In this document: positions 25,227-35,187 of the stretch, in pieces
How positions within the stretch are numbered: the first letter of the stretch is position 1
Layout: each line of letters begins with the position of its first letter
Assembly: GCA_016783145.1 (NCBI GenBank)
Contig: JADHXD010000004.1
Location: forward strand, 5,736-69,735
DNA: 64,000 nucleotides
Reading direction: 5' to 3'
Origin: Anaerolineae bacterium
GTDB lineage: Bacteria > Chloroflexota > Anaerolineae > JAFGEY01
The notes under the pieces: generated by a model
Told to the model about the DNA's origin: nothing
Database searches by the model: none
The model's input: only the letters and a program-made list of their open reading frames with translations
Position numbers and translations under genes: made by a program

Positions 25227-27653
25227 TTAGCTCAAGTCGCCTTCACCGCTCCAAAAGTCATCTACCTTGCGAGCCAGAAGACGATGGTCGGGATGTGACA
25301 GCTCCGGATCCATGGCGTACAGCTCCTGCGCTTCACGTCGTGCCAGCTCCAACAGCGGCGTATCCCCCAGAGACGCCAGCTTGAGCTCGGGTAGGCCGCT
25401 CTGCCGGGTACCGAAAAAGTCACCGGGGCCGCGCATTTCCAGGTCCTTTTCCGCCAGCTTGAACCCATCTTGCGTGTCCTCGATGGCCCGCAGCCGCTCC
25501 TCGCTGACATCCGTCGTCGTGTCTGCCAACAAGATACAGTAAGACTCGTGCTCTCCCCGTCCCACACGGCCCCGAAACTGGTGGAGCTGCGAGAGACCGA
25601 AGCGGTTTGCGCCTTCGATCAACATAACTGTGGCATTGGGCACGTCAATCCCCACCTCAACCACCGAGGTGGAAACCAGGATATCCAGCTCGTGCTCGCT
25701 GAATTGGCGCATCGCGCTTTCCTTCTCCGCGCTCTTGAGACGGCCATGAAGCAGACCCAGTCGCAATTGAGGGTAGATGGACTTTTGCAGGCGCTCGTGC
25801 TCTTCCACCGCCGCCTTGGCTTCGATCTTTTCCGATTCTTCCACCAGAGGACAGATGATGTACGCCTGCCTTCCCTTCTGGATCTGCCCGCGCAGAAACT
25901 GGTACGCACGCTCCCTTTCCGAGTCCATAAACCACCGGGTCTGGATCGGCTGCCGGCCTGGCGGCATTTCGTCGATCAGGGAAAGATCGAGATCACCATA
26001 GGCCGTCAAAGCGAGCGTACGGGGGATCGGCGTAGCGCTCATCACCAATATGTGAGGGTTATATCCCTTTTCTCGTAGCACGCCCCGCTGGCGGACGCCA
26101 AAGCGATGCTGTTCGTCAGCGATGGCCAGAGCCAGGTTCTTGAAGCGTACGCTCTCTTGGATCACAGCGTGCGTGCCGACGAGGATCTGGATCTCCCCGG
26201 AAGCCAGATCGGCCCGGATGGCTTGTTTTTCTGCATCCAGCACGCTGCCTGTCAACAGGCACACGCTGACACCATACCTGCCAAGCATACTTACAACACT
26301 CTTGAAATGCTGTTCCGCGAGGATCTCCGTCGGCGCCATCAGGACCGCCTGGTACCCGGCGGCAGCCACCACGTACATTGCGGACACCGCAACCACTGTT
26401 TTCCCTGATCCGACGTCGCCCTGCAGCAGGCGGCTCATCGGACGGTCGCTGGAGAGATCGTCCAGTATCTCGGTCAGCACCCTCTGTTGTGCGCCAGTCA
26501 ACTGGTAGGGTAGTCCGTCCAGGAAGGCGTCCAGCGCAGAGCGGTCTACCGGTATGGGAACACCAGGTTGGTCCTGCCATTGCTGTCGCTGCCGCAGCAC
26601 GCCGATTTGCAGGATAAAGAACTCGTCAAAGCCCAACCGCCTTCGCGCTTGAGCCAGGCTGCGAGCGTCGTCTGGAAAGTGCGCCTGGGCGACCGCCTGC
26701 TCCAGGGGCATCAAGTCCAGGCGATCTCGTATGCGGGACGGCATGTAATCCGGAAGCCGCTTCGTCCAGTAGTCGACCGTACGCTTGACGAGCTTGCGCA
26801 GCCATCGAGCATTCAGACCTTGGGTGAGGGGATAGACGGGAACCAGTCGCCCGGTGTGGACGAGCTCTGAATCCAAGGGCTCCCACGTCGGACTCGACAT
26901 CACCAGCCGTCCCAAGTACTCGTCCACCTTGCCACTGAGCACGATCTGGCGGCCTCTCTTGAATTGGTCGGCCAGGTAGGGCTGATTGAACCACGTGGCC
27001 TGGATCATACCTGATCCGTCGGCAACCACAGTGTTGACGACCGCGGCTCCGCCGCGCGTCCTCTTGAGTCGCGTTGAGCGAATTGTGCCGATGACCGTGA
27101 CCTGCTCACCGTAGGAAAGCTTGCCGATCGGCTTCAGACGCGAATAGTCCTCATGACGGCGCGGGAAAAGGCTGAGCAAGTCCCCGATCGTCGTCACTCC
27201 CAGGCGCTTTAGACGCTTGGCCTGCGTGGGTCCTACTCCAGATATCGATGTCGTCGGTGAGTTAAGGCCAAGCCTTGCATTCTCTCCGGTCTCATCGCCC
27301 GCCACAACGCGAGCATTGGAAGATAGAGTACGCGCCACAGGCCCGGGCGAGTTGGGAACAGCCTGAGGGGAAGCAGGGGCCTCCTCTCCATCTTCAAGCA
27401 GCTCTAGCCTTTTCTGTATCTCGGCGATGGACTGCTCGCGTGCATCTTTTCCGCTCAACGCACCATACCCATTGATCAACCCAATCACTTCCGTGATGAT
27501 GGCTTCCTGCTTTGGCAGCGTGCACTCGCTGCGGGTCTGTAGAGGCCACCAGGCCAGGACACGATCCAGCCCGCCGATGACGGCCTTGTTCTGATATCCC
27601 TGTTCGATTTCCAGGGCAATCATTTTGCTCAGTTTGTCCAGAGCAGATGTCAT
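25227..27653 (-). CDS. recG: ATP-dependent DNA helicase RecG
   Basis: ORF 25227..27710. Walker A is GDVGSGKT, motif II is DEQHRFG, and the C-terminal helicase motif is QLHQFRGRVGRG. The start is ATG 27653 or GTG 27710, unresolved. Confidence 0.92.
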   Translation of the reverse strand: MTSALDKLSKMIALEIEQGYQNKAVIGGLDRVLAWWPLQTRSECTLPKQEAIITEVIGLINGYGALSGKDAREQSIAEIQKRLELLEDGEEAPASPQAVPNSPGPVARTLSSNARVVAGDETGENARLGLNSPTTSISGVGPTQAKRLKRLGVTTIGDLLSLFPRRHEDYSRLKPIGKLSYGEQVTVIGTIRSTRLKRTRGGAAVVNTVVADGSGMIQATWFNQPYLADQFKRGRQIVLSGKVDEYLGRLVMSSPTWEPLDSELVHTGRLVPVYPLTQGLNARWLRKLVKRTVDYWTKRLPDYMPSRIRDRLDLMPLEQAVAQAHFPDDARSLAQARRRLGFDEFFILQIGVLRQRQQWQDQPGVPIPVDRSALDAFLDGLPYQLTGAQQRVLTEILDDLSSDRPMSRLLQGDVGSGKTVVAVSAMYVVAAAGYQAVLMAPTEILAEQHFKSVVSMLGRYGVSVCLLTGSVLDAEKQAIRADLASGEIQILVGTHAVIQESVRFKNLALAIADEQHRFGVRQRGVLREKGYNPHILVMSATPIPRTLALTAYGDLDLSLIDEMPPGRQPIQTRWFMDSERERAYQFLRGQIQKGRQAYIICPLVEESEKIEAKAAVEEHERLQKSIYPQLRLGLLHGRLKSAEKESAMRQFSEHELDILVSTSVVEVGIDVPNATVMLIEGANRFGLSQLHQFRGRVGRGEHESYCILLADTTTDVSEERLRAIEDTQDGFKLAEKDLEMRGPGDFFGTRQSGLPELKLASLGDTPLLELARREAQELYAMDPELSHPDHRLLARKVDDFWSGEGDLS

Positions 27654-27712
27654 GTCCGTTTTTCTAGCGGCATCGTGCCGCAAGAGCACTCCCTGCCAAG
27701 TGAGAGGCACCC

Positions 27713-28558
27713 TTAAGAGTCTTCTTGAACGATGATGCCCAGAGTCCCCGGCCCGATGTGCGATGCCAATACCGGGCCATAGCTGATGACCGGTATCTCT
27801 AGGCCGGGAAACACCCCCTGCAGTCGCTCAATGAGCTGATCGGTTTCTTCGGTGAGGTTGGCCTTGCCCTTGACGATCGCAAGCTGCTTGATAGCATCAA
27901 ACTCGGCGACAAACTCGACCAGCTTTTCCAGAGCCTGTTCTCGCGTTCGAACCTTTTCTATTGGCAGGATTTCCCCTTCCTCCAGGGTTAGGAATGGCTT
28001 GATCCCGAGAATCGTACCCAACAGCGCCTGGGCATGTCCGATCCTCCCACCACTTTCGAGGTAGGCCAGGCTTTCCGAGAAAAAGACGACATAGATCTGC
28101 GAGATCAGTCCCCGAACCAGGCGAACGATCTCGTCCAGCGGTCGGCCCGCCGCCGCCGCACGTGCAGCAGCCTCCACCAGGATGCCTAATCCCAACGAGA
28201 CCGTCTTCGAGTCGACCGTTTCGATATGGCACTGACCTAACAGCATGCCGGCAGCCTGCTGTGCGTTGTTGAGGGTCGTGCTCAACGTCTCGGCCAGGTG
28301 AATGGAGATAATCTCACTTGTCTTGCGATTCAGTCCCTCATAGACACGGCGGAAGTTTTCGACTGTGGGCGATGAGGTGCTGGGCTGCAGGCCCTGCTCG
28401 TATACCAGATGATGAAACTCGTCGTTATCCAGGTTCACGCCGTCCAGGTAGTTCCGATCTCCTATCCGGAGGTGGAACGGAACCACCGTGATATCCAACT
28501 TCCGGACCAGGTCCGGTGAGAGATACACTGTTGAATCTGTCACGACACGAACGCTCAT
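27713..28558 (-). CDS. DegV-family fatty-acid-binding protein
   Basis: ORF 27713..28558. VRVVTDSTVYLSPDLVRKLDITVVPF... is a DegV-type N-terminus. Confidence 0.9.
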   Translation of the reverse strand: MSVRVVTDSTVYLSPDLVRKLDITVVPFHLRIGDRNYLDGVNLDNDEFHHLVYEQGLQPSTSSPTVENFRRVYEGLNRKTSEIISIHLAETLSTTLNNAQQAAGMLLGQCHIETVDSKTVSLGLGILVEAAARAAAAGRPLDEIVRLVRGLISQIYVVFFSESLAYLESGGRIGHAQALLGTILGIKPFLTLEEGEILPIEKVRTREQALEKLVEFVAEFDAIKQLAIVKGKANLTEETDQLIERLQGVFPGLEIPVISYGPVLASHIGPGTLGIIVQEDS

Positions 28559-28579
28559 CCTGAATCCCTTCCCAACAGG

Positions 28580-30250
28580 TCATTCAGCGGAGATGATGTA
28601 GTGGTAGTGAGGCTGCCCGCCGTCTACAACCTCGATCTCGGCATCTGGATACCGTGACTCGACCTTTTCGACCAGGGCCTCTGCATCCTCCTCTGGCACA
28701 GATTCCCCATAGTAGAAGGTCAGGATCTCAGCGTCATCGGCCTCCAGGCGCAGCAAGACCTCGAACGCCGTTTCCTCCAGGCTATGACCCACGACGACCA
28801 GCTCGCCATCAACGAGCCCAATGATTTCTCCCTCTCTGACCTCCAGGCTGTTGAGACGAACATCCCTCACCGCGGTCGTGATCTCGGCGGTCCGCACCTC
28901 CTCCGCACCCCGCTCCATCGCCCTGGTGTTGGCGCCCAGGTCGGCACTGTAGTTGTAGGCCAGAAGCGCACTGACGCCCTGAGGAACTGTCTTGGTCGGG
29001 ACCACACGGACCCGCTTGCCAGAGAGTGCCTGGGCCTGCTGGGCAGCAAGGATGATGTTCGAGTTGTTGGGCAGTACGATCACTTCTTGCGCGGGCGCAT
29101 CCTCGATGGCCTGGAGCAACTGCTCAATGCTCGGGTTCATCGTCTGTCCCCCGGAAACGATCACCGCCGCCCCAAGGCTCCTAAAGAGCTTGCTCAGCCC
29201 CTGACCAGGCGAGACGACCACCGTCGCAATGCTGAGCTCCGCTTCTTCCCTTGCCGCCAACGCCGGGCCGGCCTGCCCCATGATGAACTCTTGATACTGC
29301 TCCTGCATGTTTTCCACGAGCACCCGGCTGAGCGATCCGAGCTTGGCGCCATAGTCCAAAGGTTCGCCGGGCGAGGGCGTGTGAATGTGAACCTTGACCA
29401 TCGTACTGTCCCCCACGATCAGCGGGCAGTCTCCCATCACCGCGATATCCGCTTTGATCTGGTCTACCTGCAGATTCGTGCCGTGGAGGACGTACTGGAC
29501 GTCATAACCATATACTTGCTCGCCTTGTGCCACCTGCAGGTCGACTCCGTGAAAGAGTGCCTGATCGCTCACCATACTCTCGCCCTGCAGGTAGCGGGCC
29601 ATGCCCTCAAAGATGACAAAGAGTCCCTGCCCGCCGGCATCCACCACGCCGGCCTCGCGCAGAACGGGCAGCAGGCTGGGGGTGCGCGTGACAGAGTCTC
29701 GAGCGGCGTGCACGACGTATTCGAGCAGTTCCCTCAGGTCGGTCAGTTGCGAGGACACCTCACAAGCAGCATCGCCCGACTCGCGCACCACCGTCAGGAT
29801 CGTGCCCTCCACTGGCTTGATGACCGCCTTGTACGCAACGACGGCGCCTTGCTTGAGCGCGTTCGCAAACTCGACCGTGTTAAAGTCTTCCTGCCCTTCC
29901 AGCCTCTGTGCCATGCCTCGAAGGATCTGCGACAAGATGACCCCTGAATTCCCTCTTGCGCCCATCAGTGCCCCTCGAGAAGCATACTGCGCAATGATGC
30001 CCACCTGCTTGTCGGGCTGTTCCGCGATCTCCTGGCAGGCCGCTTGCAGCGTGAGGAACATGTTGGTACCCGTATCTCCATCTGGCACAGGAAACACGTT
30101 CAGGCTGTTGATCACCGCCGTATGCTGCTCCATCCACTGCAAGCTAGCATTGAACAGCCGCTTGAGTCCCTGTCCATCACAGGCCAGGATCGGCTTTGTG
30201 GGGTCTGGCGAGAAGGTGGCGGCGTTTCCGGATGATGGACTGCTGTTCAA
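28580..30250 (-). CDS. DAK2-domain fusion protein (YloV family)
   Basis: ORF 28580..30250. INSLNVFPVPDGDTGTNM is the DAK2 motif. It follows an Asp23 gene, as in yloU-yloV pairs. Confidence 0.9.
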   Translation of the reverse strand: MNSSPSSGNAATFSPDPTKPILACDGQGLKRLFNASLQWMEQHTAVINSLNVFPVPDGDTGTNMFLTLQAACQEIAEQPDKQVGIIAQYASRGALMGARGNSGVILSQILRGMAQRLEGQEDFNTVEFANALKQGAVVAYKAVIKPVEGTILTVVRESGDAACEVSSQLTDLRELLEYVVHAARDSVTRTPSLLPVLREAGVVDAGGQGLFVIFEGMARYLQGESMVSDQALFHGVDLQVAQGEQVYGYDVQYVLHGTNLQVDQIKADIAVMGDCPLIVGDSTMVKVHIHTPSPGEPLDYGAKLGSLSRVLVENMQEQYQEFIMGQAGPALAAREEAELSIATVVVSPGQGLSKLFRSLGAAVIVSGGQTMNPSIEQLLQAIEDAPAQEVIVLPNNSNIILAAQQAQALSGKRVRVVPTKTVPQGVSALLAYNYSADLGANTRAMERGAEEVRTAEITTAVRDVRLNSLEVREGEIIGLVDGELVVVGHSLEETAFEVLLRLEADDAEILTFYYGESVPEEDAEALVEKVESRYPDAEIEVVDGGQPHYHYIISAE

Positions 30251-30292
30251 GTTACCCTGCCTCCTGCGCGGTATGTATCAGAGCGTCTATGG

Positions 30293-30646
30293 CTACTGCT
30301 GGCTGCTGACATGCACGCCCTGTACGTGGACATTGACCTGGGCAATCGGAATGCCCATCGCTTTCTCCACACTGAATTTGACGCTGTCCATAATGTTGCG
30401 CGCTACCGTAGCAATGCGCACGCCGTACTCGATAACGACATAGAGATCGATGATGATCTGATCCTCATCAATGTGGACCTCGACTCCGCGCTTGCTGTCT
30501 GGCCTCAGGACCTTTGCGAGTCCGTTCGCCAGGTTCTTGGGCGACATGCCGACCACGCCATAGGAGTTGAGCACAGCGTGATTGGCGATGGTTGCTACTG
30601 CTGTAGGAAGAACCTCAATCCGTCCCCTTACTTGTTCGTCATTCAT
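30293..30646 (-). CDS. Asp23/Gls24-family protein (YloU-like)
   Basis: ORF 30293..30724, start ATG 30646 (MNDEQVRGRIEVLPTAVATIANHAVLNSYGVVGM...). Confidence 0.9.
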   Translation of the reverse strand: MNDEQVRGRIEVLPTAVATIANHAVLNSYGVVGMSPKNLANGLAKVLRPDSKRGVEVHIDEDQIIIDLYVVIEYGVRIATVARNIMDSVKFSVEKAMGIPIAQVNVHVQGVHVSSQQ

Positions 30647-30659
30647 CGATGCCTCTCGT

Positions 30660-30688
30660 TTGCGAAAATTCACGTCTTGTGGTATGAT
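30660..30688 (+). promoter_or_regulatory. Sigma70-type promoter for rpmB
   Basis: TTGCGA (30660-30665), 17 nt, then TGgTATGAT (30680-30688). The leader to ATG 30787 is about 95 nt. Confidence 0.55.
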
Positions 30689-30786
30689 ATGGATCGCCTG
30701 CGGGACGATTCCATCGTTCCGCATATATTGTGCATTCTTTACCCTCAGGATCCGGTCCTGGGCGGTGGACGAAAGGACGTATTACG

Positions 30787-30969
30787 ATGGCAAAATGCGA
30801 GATCTGCGGCAAGTCCGCTATGTTTGGGAACAACGTTCCTCACTCCCTACACAAGACCAAGCGGCAATGGCGCCCCAATCTGCAAAAGGTTATGCTCAAC
30901 CGAGATGGCCGTCCGCGCAAGACCTACGTGTGCACCAAGTGCCTGCGGACCTTGAACAAGAGCAAGTAG
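30787..30969 (+). CDS. rpmB: 50S ribosomal protein L28
   Basis: ORF 30730..30969, start ATG 30787. MAKCEICGKSAMFGNNVPHSLHKTKRQWRPNLQKV... Confidence 0.93.
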   Translation: MAKCEICGKSAMFGNNVPHSLHKTKRQWRPNLQKVMLNRDGRPRKTYVCTKCLRTLNKSK

Positions 30970-30970
30970 A

Positions 30971-31699
30971 TCACCGCCCGTTGATTCCCCCAGCCAGGCT
31001 CTGCTCAGAGCCTGGCTCTGCTTCGCCCACAGCCGCTTGACGCAGGCCGTGAAGAGCGTCGGCAATCCCCCCTGAAGTGGTGAACTCGCCCTCAGGCGCA
31101 AAGATCGCCGATCCGGCGACCAGTACATTGGCCCCGGCACGTACGACACGACCGGCTGTCTGGACGTTGATCCCCCCATCCACCTCAAGGTCGATGCAAA
31201 GTCTCTCTCTCCGGATCCACTCGCCAAGCCGCTCGATCTTGCGGCACATCGTCTCGATAAACGACTGTCCCCCAAATCCTGGGTTAACGGTCATCACGAG
31301 AACCACATCGACGTAAGGCAAGATCTCCTCCAGAACATTGAGCGGCGTAGCCGGATTGATCGCAACGCCCGCGCTCAGTGCAAGTTCCTTGATCTGCTGA
31401 ACCGTGCGGTGAAGATGGGGACACGTTTCAACATGCACAGTCAGGCTGCTTGCCCCGGCTCGAGCAAAGTGCGGGATGTACCGCTCGGGCCCTTCGATCA
31501 TCAGATGAACATCCAGGGGGAGCGATGTGGCCCTGCGGACAGCCCCCACGATCATGGGGCCAATGGTGATGTTGGGCACGAAATGCCCATCCATCACATC
31601 ACAGTGAATATAGTCCGCTCCTGCGCGCTCCGCAGCAGCGATCTGCTCCCCCAACCTGCAAAAGTCAGCGGATAGTATTGAAGCAGCGATCTTGAGCAT
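30971..31699 (-). CDS. rpe: Ribulose-phosphate 3-epimerase
   Basis: ORF 30971..31972, start ATG 31699. [13 protein letters not shown]...[17 protein letters not shown]...[13 protein letters not shown]. Confidence 0.93.
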   Translation of the reverse strand: MLKIAASILSADFCRLGEQIAAAERAGADYIHCDVMDGHFVPNITIGPMIVGAVRRATSLPLDVHLMIEGPERYIPHFARAGASSLTVHVETCPHLHRTVQQIKELALSAGVAINPATPLNVLEEILPYVDVVLVMTVNPGFGGQSFIETMCRKIERLGEWIRRERLCIDLEVDGGINVQTAGRVVRAGANVLVAGSAIFAPEGEFTTSGGIADALHGLRQAAVGEAEPGSEQSLAGGINGR

Positions 31700-31752
31700 T
31701 TGCGTCACTCTATAGTGTACTTCTGTAATGATACACTGCTTTGACGAAAAAA

Positions 31753-32841
31753 TCAAGCACTTGTTGGCGGTAGATGCCCGTCCTGCCCTTCCTGGTGCCG
31801 CTGGCGTAGCTGTCCACATCCGGCCTGGATGTCTATCCCACGGCGCAGCCGCACCGTGGTTTCGATGTGACGCTCCATCAGAGCCTGCTGAAAGGCATGC
31901 ACCCTTGCCCGAGGCGACGGGCGATAGGATCCGCCTGTCGTGGGATTCAGTGGGATCAGGTTGACGTGGCACAACAGACCCCGAAGCAGATCCGCCAAGC
32001 GCAGAGCCTCGGCGACCGAGTCGTTGACCCCGTCGATCAACGCGTATTCGATGGTGATTCGGCGGCCTGTGAGGGTCGTATACTCGCGACAGGCGGTCAG
32101 CAGCTCGGAGAGGGGATACGCGCGGTTCAGCGGCACCAACTGGTTCCGCAGACCATCCTCTGCAGCGTGCAGCGAGACCGCCAGTCCCACCTGGAGTTCT
32201 TCCGCAGAAAGTCGTCGAATGCCAGGGACGTAGCCTGCCGTGGAGAGTGTGATCTTGCGCGCTCCGACGTTCAGGCCGCGATGATCATTCCACGTCTCCA
32301 CCGCCTGCCACACTGCTTCATAGTTCATCAGAGGTTCGCCCATTCCCATAACGACAATGTTGGTGAGGACCTCATCCCGGTGCTTTAGCTCTCGGGCAAA
32401 GTGCAGAGGCTGAGCGATGATCTCTGCAGCCCCAAGGTCCCGCACGTAGCCACTCTGTCCCGTCGCGCAAAACCCGCATCCCACCGGGCAGCCCACCTGC
32501 GACGACACGCACACCGTACGACGCCGATCGTACTCCATCATCACACTCTCGACGCTTTGCCCGTCCGGAAGGCGGAACAAGACCTTGTGCGTCAGCAGGT
32601 CCTCAGAGATCGCCTCGTCTACCGGAACCAAGGGGTCGAGGCGATAGTGGCGAGCCAGGCGATCGCGCAGCGCTCGGGGCAGATTGCTCATCTGCTCAAA
32701 GTCGGCTGCCAGATGGACATAGATCCACTTCCAGAGCTGTTGTGCTCTGAAACGCGGCTCTTTCCAGACTGCCAGTTGGGCCTGCAGTTCCAGGAACGTC
32801 AGGTCCATGATGTTGGCCGACGGGGTCGACAGCACACTCAT
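31753..32841 (-). CDS. rlmN: 23S rRNA/tRNA (adenine-C2)-methyltransferase RlmN (radical SAM)
   Basis: ORF 31753..32862. [18 protein letters not shown] contains CxxxCxxC. ATG 32841 overlaps the upstream stop as ATGA. The alternative start is 32862. Confidence 0.92.
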   Translation of the reverse strand: MSVLSTPSANIMDLTFLELQAQLAVWKEPRFRAQQLWKWIYVHLAADFEQMSNLPRALRDRLARHYRLDPLVPVDEAISEDLLTHKVLFRLPDGQSVESVMMEYDRRRTVCVSSQVGCPVGCGFCATGQSGYVRDLGAAEIIAQPLHFARELKHRDEVLTNIVVMGMGEPLMNYEAVWQAVETWNDHRGLNVGARKITLSTAGYVPGIRRLSAEELQVGLAVSLHAAEDGLRNQLVPLNRAYPLSELLTACREYTTLTGRRITIEYALIDGVNDSVAEALRLADLLRGLLCHVNLIPLNPTTGGSYRPSPRARVHAFQQALMERHIETTVRLRRGIDIQAGCGQLRQRHQEGQDGHLPPTSA

Positions 32842-33638
32842 TGGGTGAGGATTCGCCTCCAACCATCCACAAGTGTCTGGATATCTTGAAGCGCGATGTC
32901 CGGTTGTACGTCAGAGGCTGCCAGTTGGGCAGGGCTTGTCGCCCCGGAGAGCGTGAGAATACTGAACACGCCAGCTCGCCGCGCCGAGAGAATGTCGGTC
33001 TCTAGGCGATCGCCGACCGCGGCGGTTCTCTCCGGATCGGATCCCATTCGGGCCATGGCCTGCTCCATCAGCCAGGGCTCGGGCTTGCCGATGAACAATG
33101 GCTCCTCACCAGTCGCGGCGGTGATAGCAGCGACGATCACACCTGTACCGGGCACCTGTCCCTCGGGTACGGGCAAAGTGCAATCGGGATTCGTTGCCAC
33201 AAAGGGCACCCCCGAGCGAATGAGCAGGGCCGCCTCGCGCAGCTTGGCGTAGGTAATGTCGCGGTCGATACCCACGACGACGGCTACCGGGTCTCGCCGG
33301 CTAAGGACAAAGCCTTCCTGCTGCAAGGCAACCATCAACCCTTCCTCGCCGATCGCGTGGACGCGCGCCCCGCGAGGATACTGCGAGGCGAGGTAACTGG
33401 CAGTGGCGATGGAAGAAGGCAGCACATCGCTGTCCTGGATCTCGACGCCCATGCGGGCCAGTTTCTCCACGTACATCGCCGGAGTGATCGACGAGTTGTT
33501 CGTCACCAACTGAAAACGAATTCGGTACTCCCGCAGGAAAGCGAAAAACCCGACAAGGCCCGGCATCGGCTCGTCGCCGAGGTAGAGCACACCGTCCATG
33601 TCGACGATCAAGCTGCGGATTGGCTTCAGGCGTTTCAT
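32838..33638 (-). CDS. HAD-IIA family hydrolase (NagD-like)
   Basis: ORF 32838..33650, ATG 33638 with GGAG upstream. LIVDMDGVLY is the DxDG motif. LVTNNSS and GDRLETDI are also present. Confidence 0.88.
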   Translation of the reverse strand: MKRLKPIRSLIVDMDGVLYLGDEPMPGLVGFFAFLREYRIRFQLVTNNSSITPAMYVEKLARMGVEIQDSDVLPSSIATASYLASQYPRGARVHAIGEEGLMVALQQEGFVLSRRDPVAVVVGIDRDITYAKLREAALLIRSGVPFVATNPDCTLPVPEGQVPGTGVIVAAITAATGEEPLFIGKPEPWLMEQAMARMGSDPERTAAVGDRLETDILSARRAGVFSILTLSGATSPAQLAASDVQPDIALQDIQTLVDGWRRILTQ

Positions 33639-33726
33639 TGAATGCTCCACGTCAAGATGATAGGTGATTATACATCAAGTGACGGGGGCGCGCAACAGGC
33701 ATATATTCTGTCAACCAAAAAAGGGC

Positions 33727-33755
33727 TTGTATGCAGGCCCAAGTTGTGGTATACT
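33727..33755 (+). promoter_or_regulatory. Sigma70-type promoter for the small gene at 33806
   Basis: TTGTAT (33727-33732), 17 nt, then TGgTATACT (33747-33755). Confidence 0.5.
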
Positions 33756-33805
33756 GGAGCAAATGGATCTACAAGCGTCCAGAACGGGTCCTGAAGGAGG
33801 CTGGA

Positions 33806-34039
33806 ATGTCTGAGGAGTTCAGCTTGACGGATTGGCTGTCAGAGGGAGCAAAAGGCATCCGCAGTACGCTGCACAGACCAAAACGGGGGATCATGCCTGA
33901 GGAGTTCCGCCAACACATCAAGACCTCTCGCAAAGAGTTCTTGATGGCCTTTCGCAGTCTGTTTGATTCGGCCATTGATCGCGTTGACAAGCCCAAGGAA
34001 GCCGCCCCGCGGAAAGCGACCAAGATCAAGGCGGATTGA
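33806..34039 (+). CDS. Small basic hypothetical protein (77 aa)
   Basis: ORF 33731..34039. ATG 33806 is preceded by GAAGGAGG. I recognised no family. Confidence 0.55.
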   Translation: MSEEFSLTDWLSEGAKGIRSTLHRPKRGIMPEEFRQHIKTSRKEFLMAFRSLFDSAIDRVDKPKEAAPRKATKIKAD

Positions 34040-34061
34040 TCGCGAGACCGCCGTTTGTCAT

Positions 34062-34976
34062 TCATACCCACTTGCGACGCCGGAAAAACAAGAGCAAACT
34101 CACGATCGTAGCCAGCATCACGACCACGATGCCCCAGAACACATAGGGGTGTTTCATAAAGGGCAGGGGCACGTTCATCCCATAGATGCCCGCAAGCAGC
34201 GTCAGGGGCAGCAGCAGGACGGAAATCACCGTCAGCGCGCGCATCGTCTCGTTGATACGATATGAGGTGATCGATTCGCTCGTAGCACTCAGGCTTTCGA
34301 TCACCTCTCTGTGATCCTCCAGTTCATCCCACGCCCGTGAGAAACCATCCACAATGTCGCCAAAGTATACTTCCATCCCCTCGCGGATAAACGGCCTATC
34401 CTTGCGCTCCAGATTAGAGATCACGGCGATCTGAGGCTTGATGATGCGCCGCAGGGCGATGACATCGCGCCGGATGATCGAGATCTCCTCAACGATGTAG
34501 CGCATATCCTCGGTAAAGATCCTTCCCTCCACCTGCCCGATGCGCCCCCCAACCTTGGTCAAGATCCGCATCTCATAGTCCACGGTACGGTCTAGAATGC
34601 CATACAGCAGTTGTCCCGCGCCTTTGCTCATATGTCTGATCCGCGCTCGTTCATCTTTCTGGCACTCTTCGAACAATTGTATAAGAGGTGGCAATTCTCC
34701 GTGGTGGAGAGTGATCAGGTAGCCGCTGCCGATAAAGACATCCACCTCACTGAACCGACTCACCTGCTTGTTCAGATCGTATATAGGATAGTGCATGACG
34801 ATGAACAGGTAGTTCTCGTATTCGTCCACCTTGGGGCGCTCGATGTCGCTCAAGCAGTCTTCCAGGTCCAGTGGATGGAACGGGTAGTAGCGCCTCAGGT
34901 GCTCGATATCGTCATGAGAGGGATGCTCGATGTTGATCCAACTTACCTTGCCTTCAGTAACGGTGCTCATGCTCAT
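34062..34976 (-). CDS. corA: CorA-family magnesium/cobalt transporter
   Basis: ORF 34062..35060. ATG 34976 has GGGGAGGAG 6 nt upstream. The GMN motif is in LLAGIYGMNVP, followed by the terminal TM segment. Confidence 0.92.
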   Translation of the reverse strand: MSMSTVTEGKVSWINIEHPSHDDIEHLRRYYPFHPLDLEDCLSDIERPKVDEYENYLFIVMHYPIYDLNKQVSRFSEVDVFIGSGYLITLHHGELPPLIQLFEECQKDERARIRHMSKGAGQLLYGILDRTVDYEMRILTKVGGRIGQVEGRIFTEDMRYIVEEISIIRRDVIALRRIIKPQIAVISNLERKDRPFIREGMEVYFGDIVDGFSRAWDELEDHREVIESLSATSESITSYRINETMRALTVISVLLLPLTLLAGIYGMNVPLPFMKHPYVFWGIVVVMLATIVSLLLFFRRRKWV

Positions 34977-35031
34977 CAGCCGCTCCTCCCCGAGATCGGA
35001 TCCCGCTGCACATTGGGTTATGACTCCTGCC

Positions 35032-35060
35032 ATTATCCGCGTTTTCGGCGGTTCTGTCAA
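35032..35060 (-). promoter_or_regulatory. Sigma70-type promoter for corA
   Basis: The minus strand reads TTGACA (35060-35055), 17 nt, then GATAAT (35037-35032). Confidence 0.55.
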
Positions 35061-35132
35061 AAAAAGATCGCCAGAGGCGGCTTTCTATCCAGACCCGATC
35101 CATGGTATAATCGGGTAGTATAGACTGGCCAT

Positions 35133-35160
35133 TTGCTCTCTCCTTCAACTGGTGTAGAAT
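35133..35160 (+). promoter_or_regulatory. Candidate promoter for the alkaline-phosphatase-family gene
   Basis: TTGCTC (35133-35138), 16 nt, then TAGAAT (35155-35160). A second extended -10, TGGTATAAT, lies at 35103-35111. Confidence 0.45.
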
Positions 35161-35187
35161 AGAGCACTTGACAGTCAGGAATGCGCG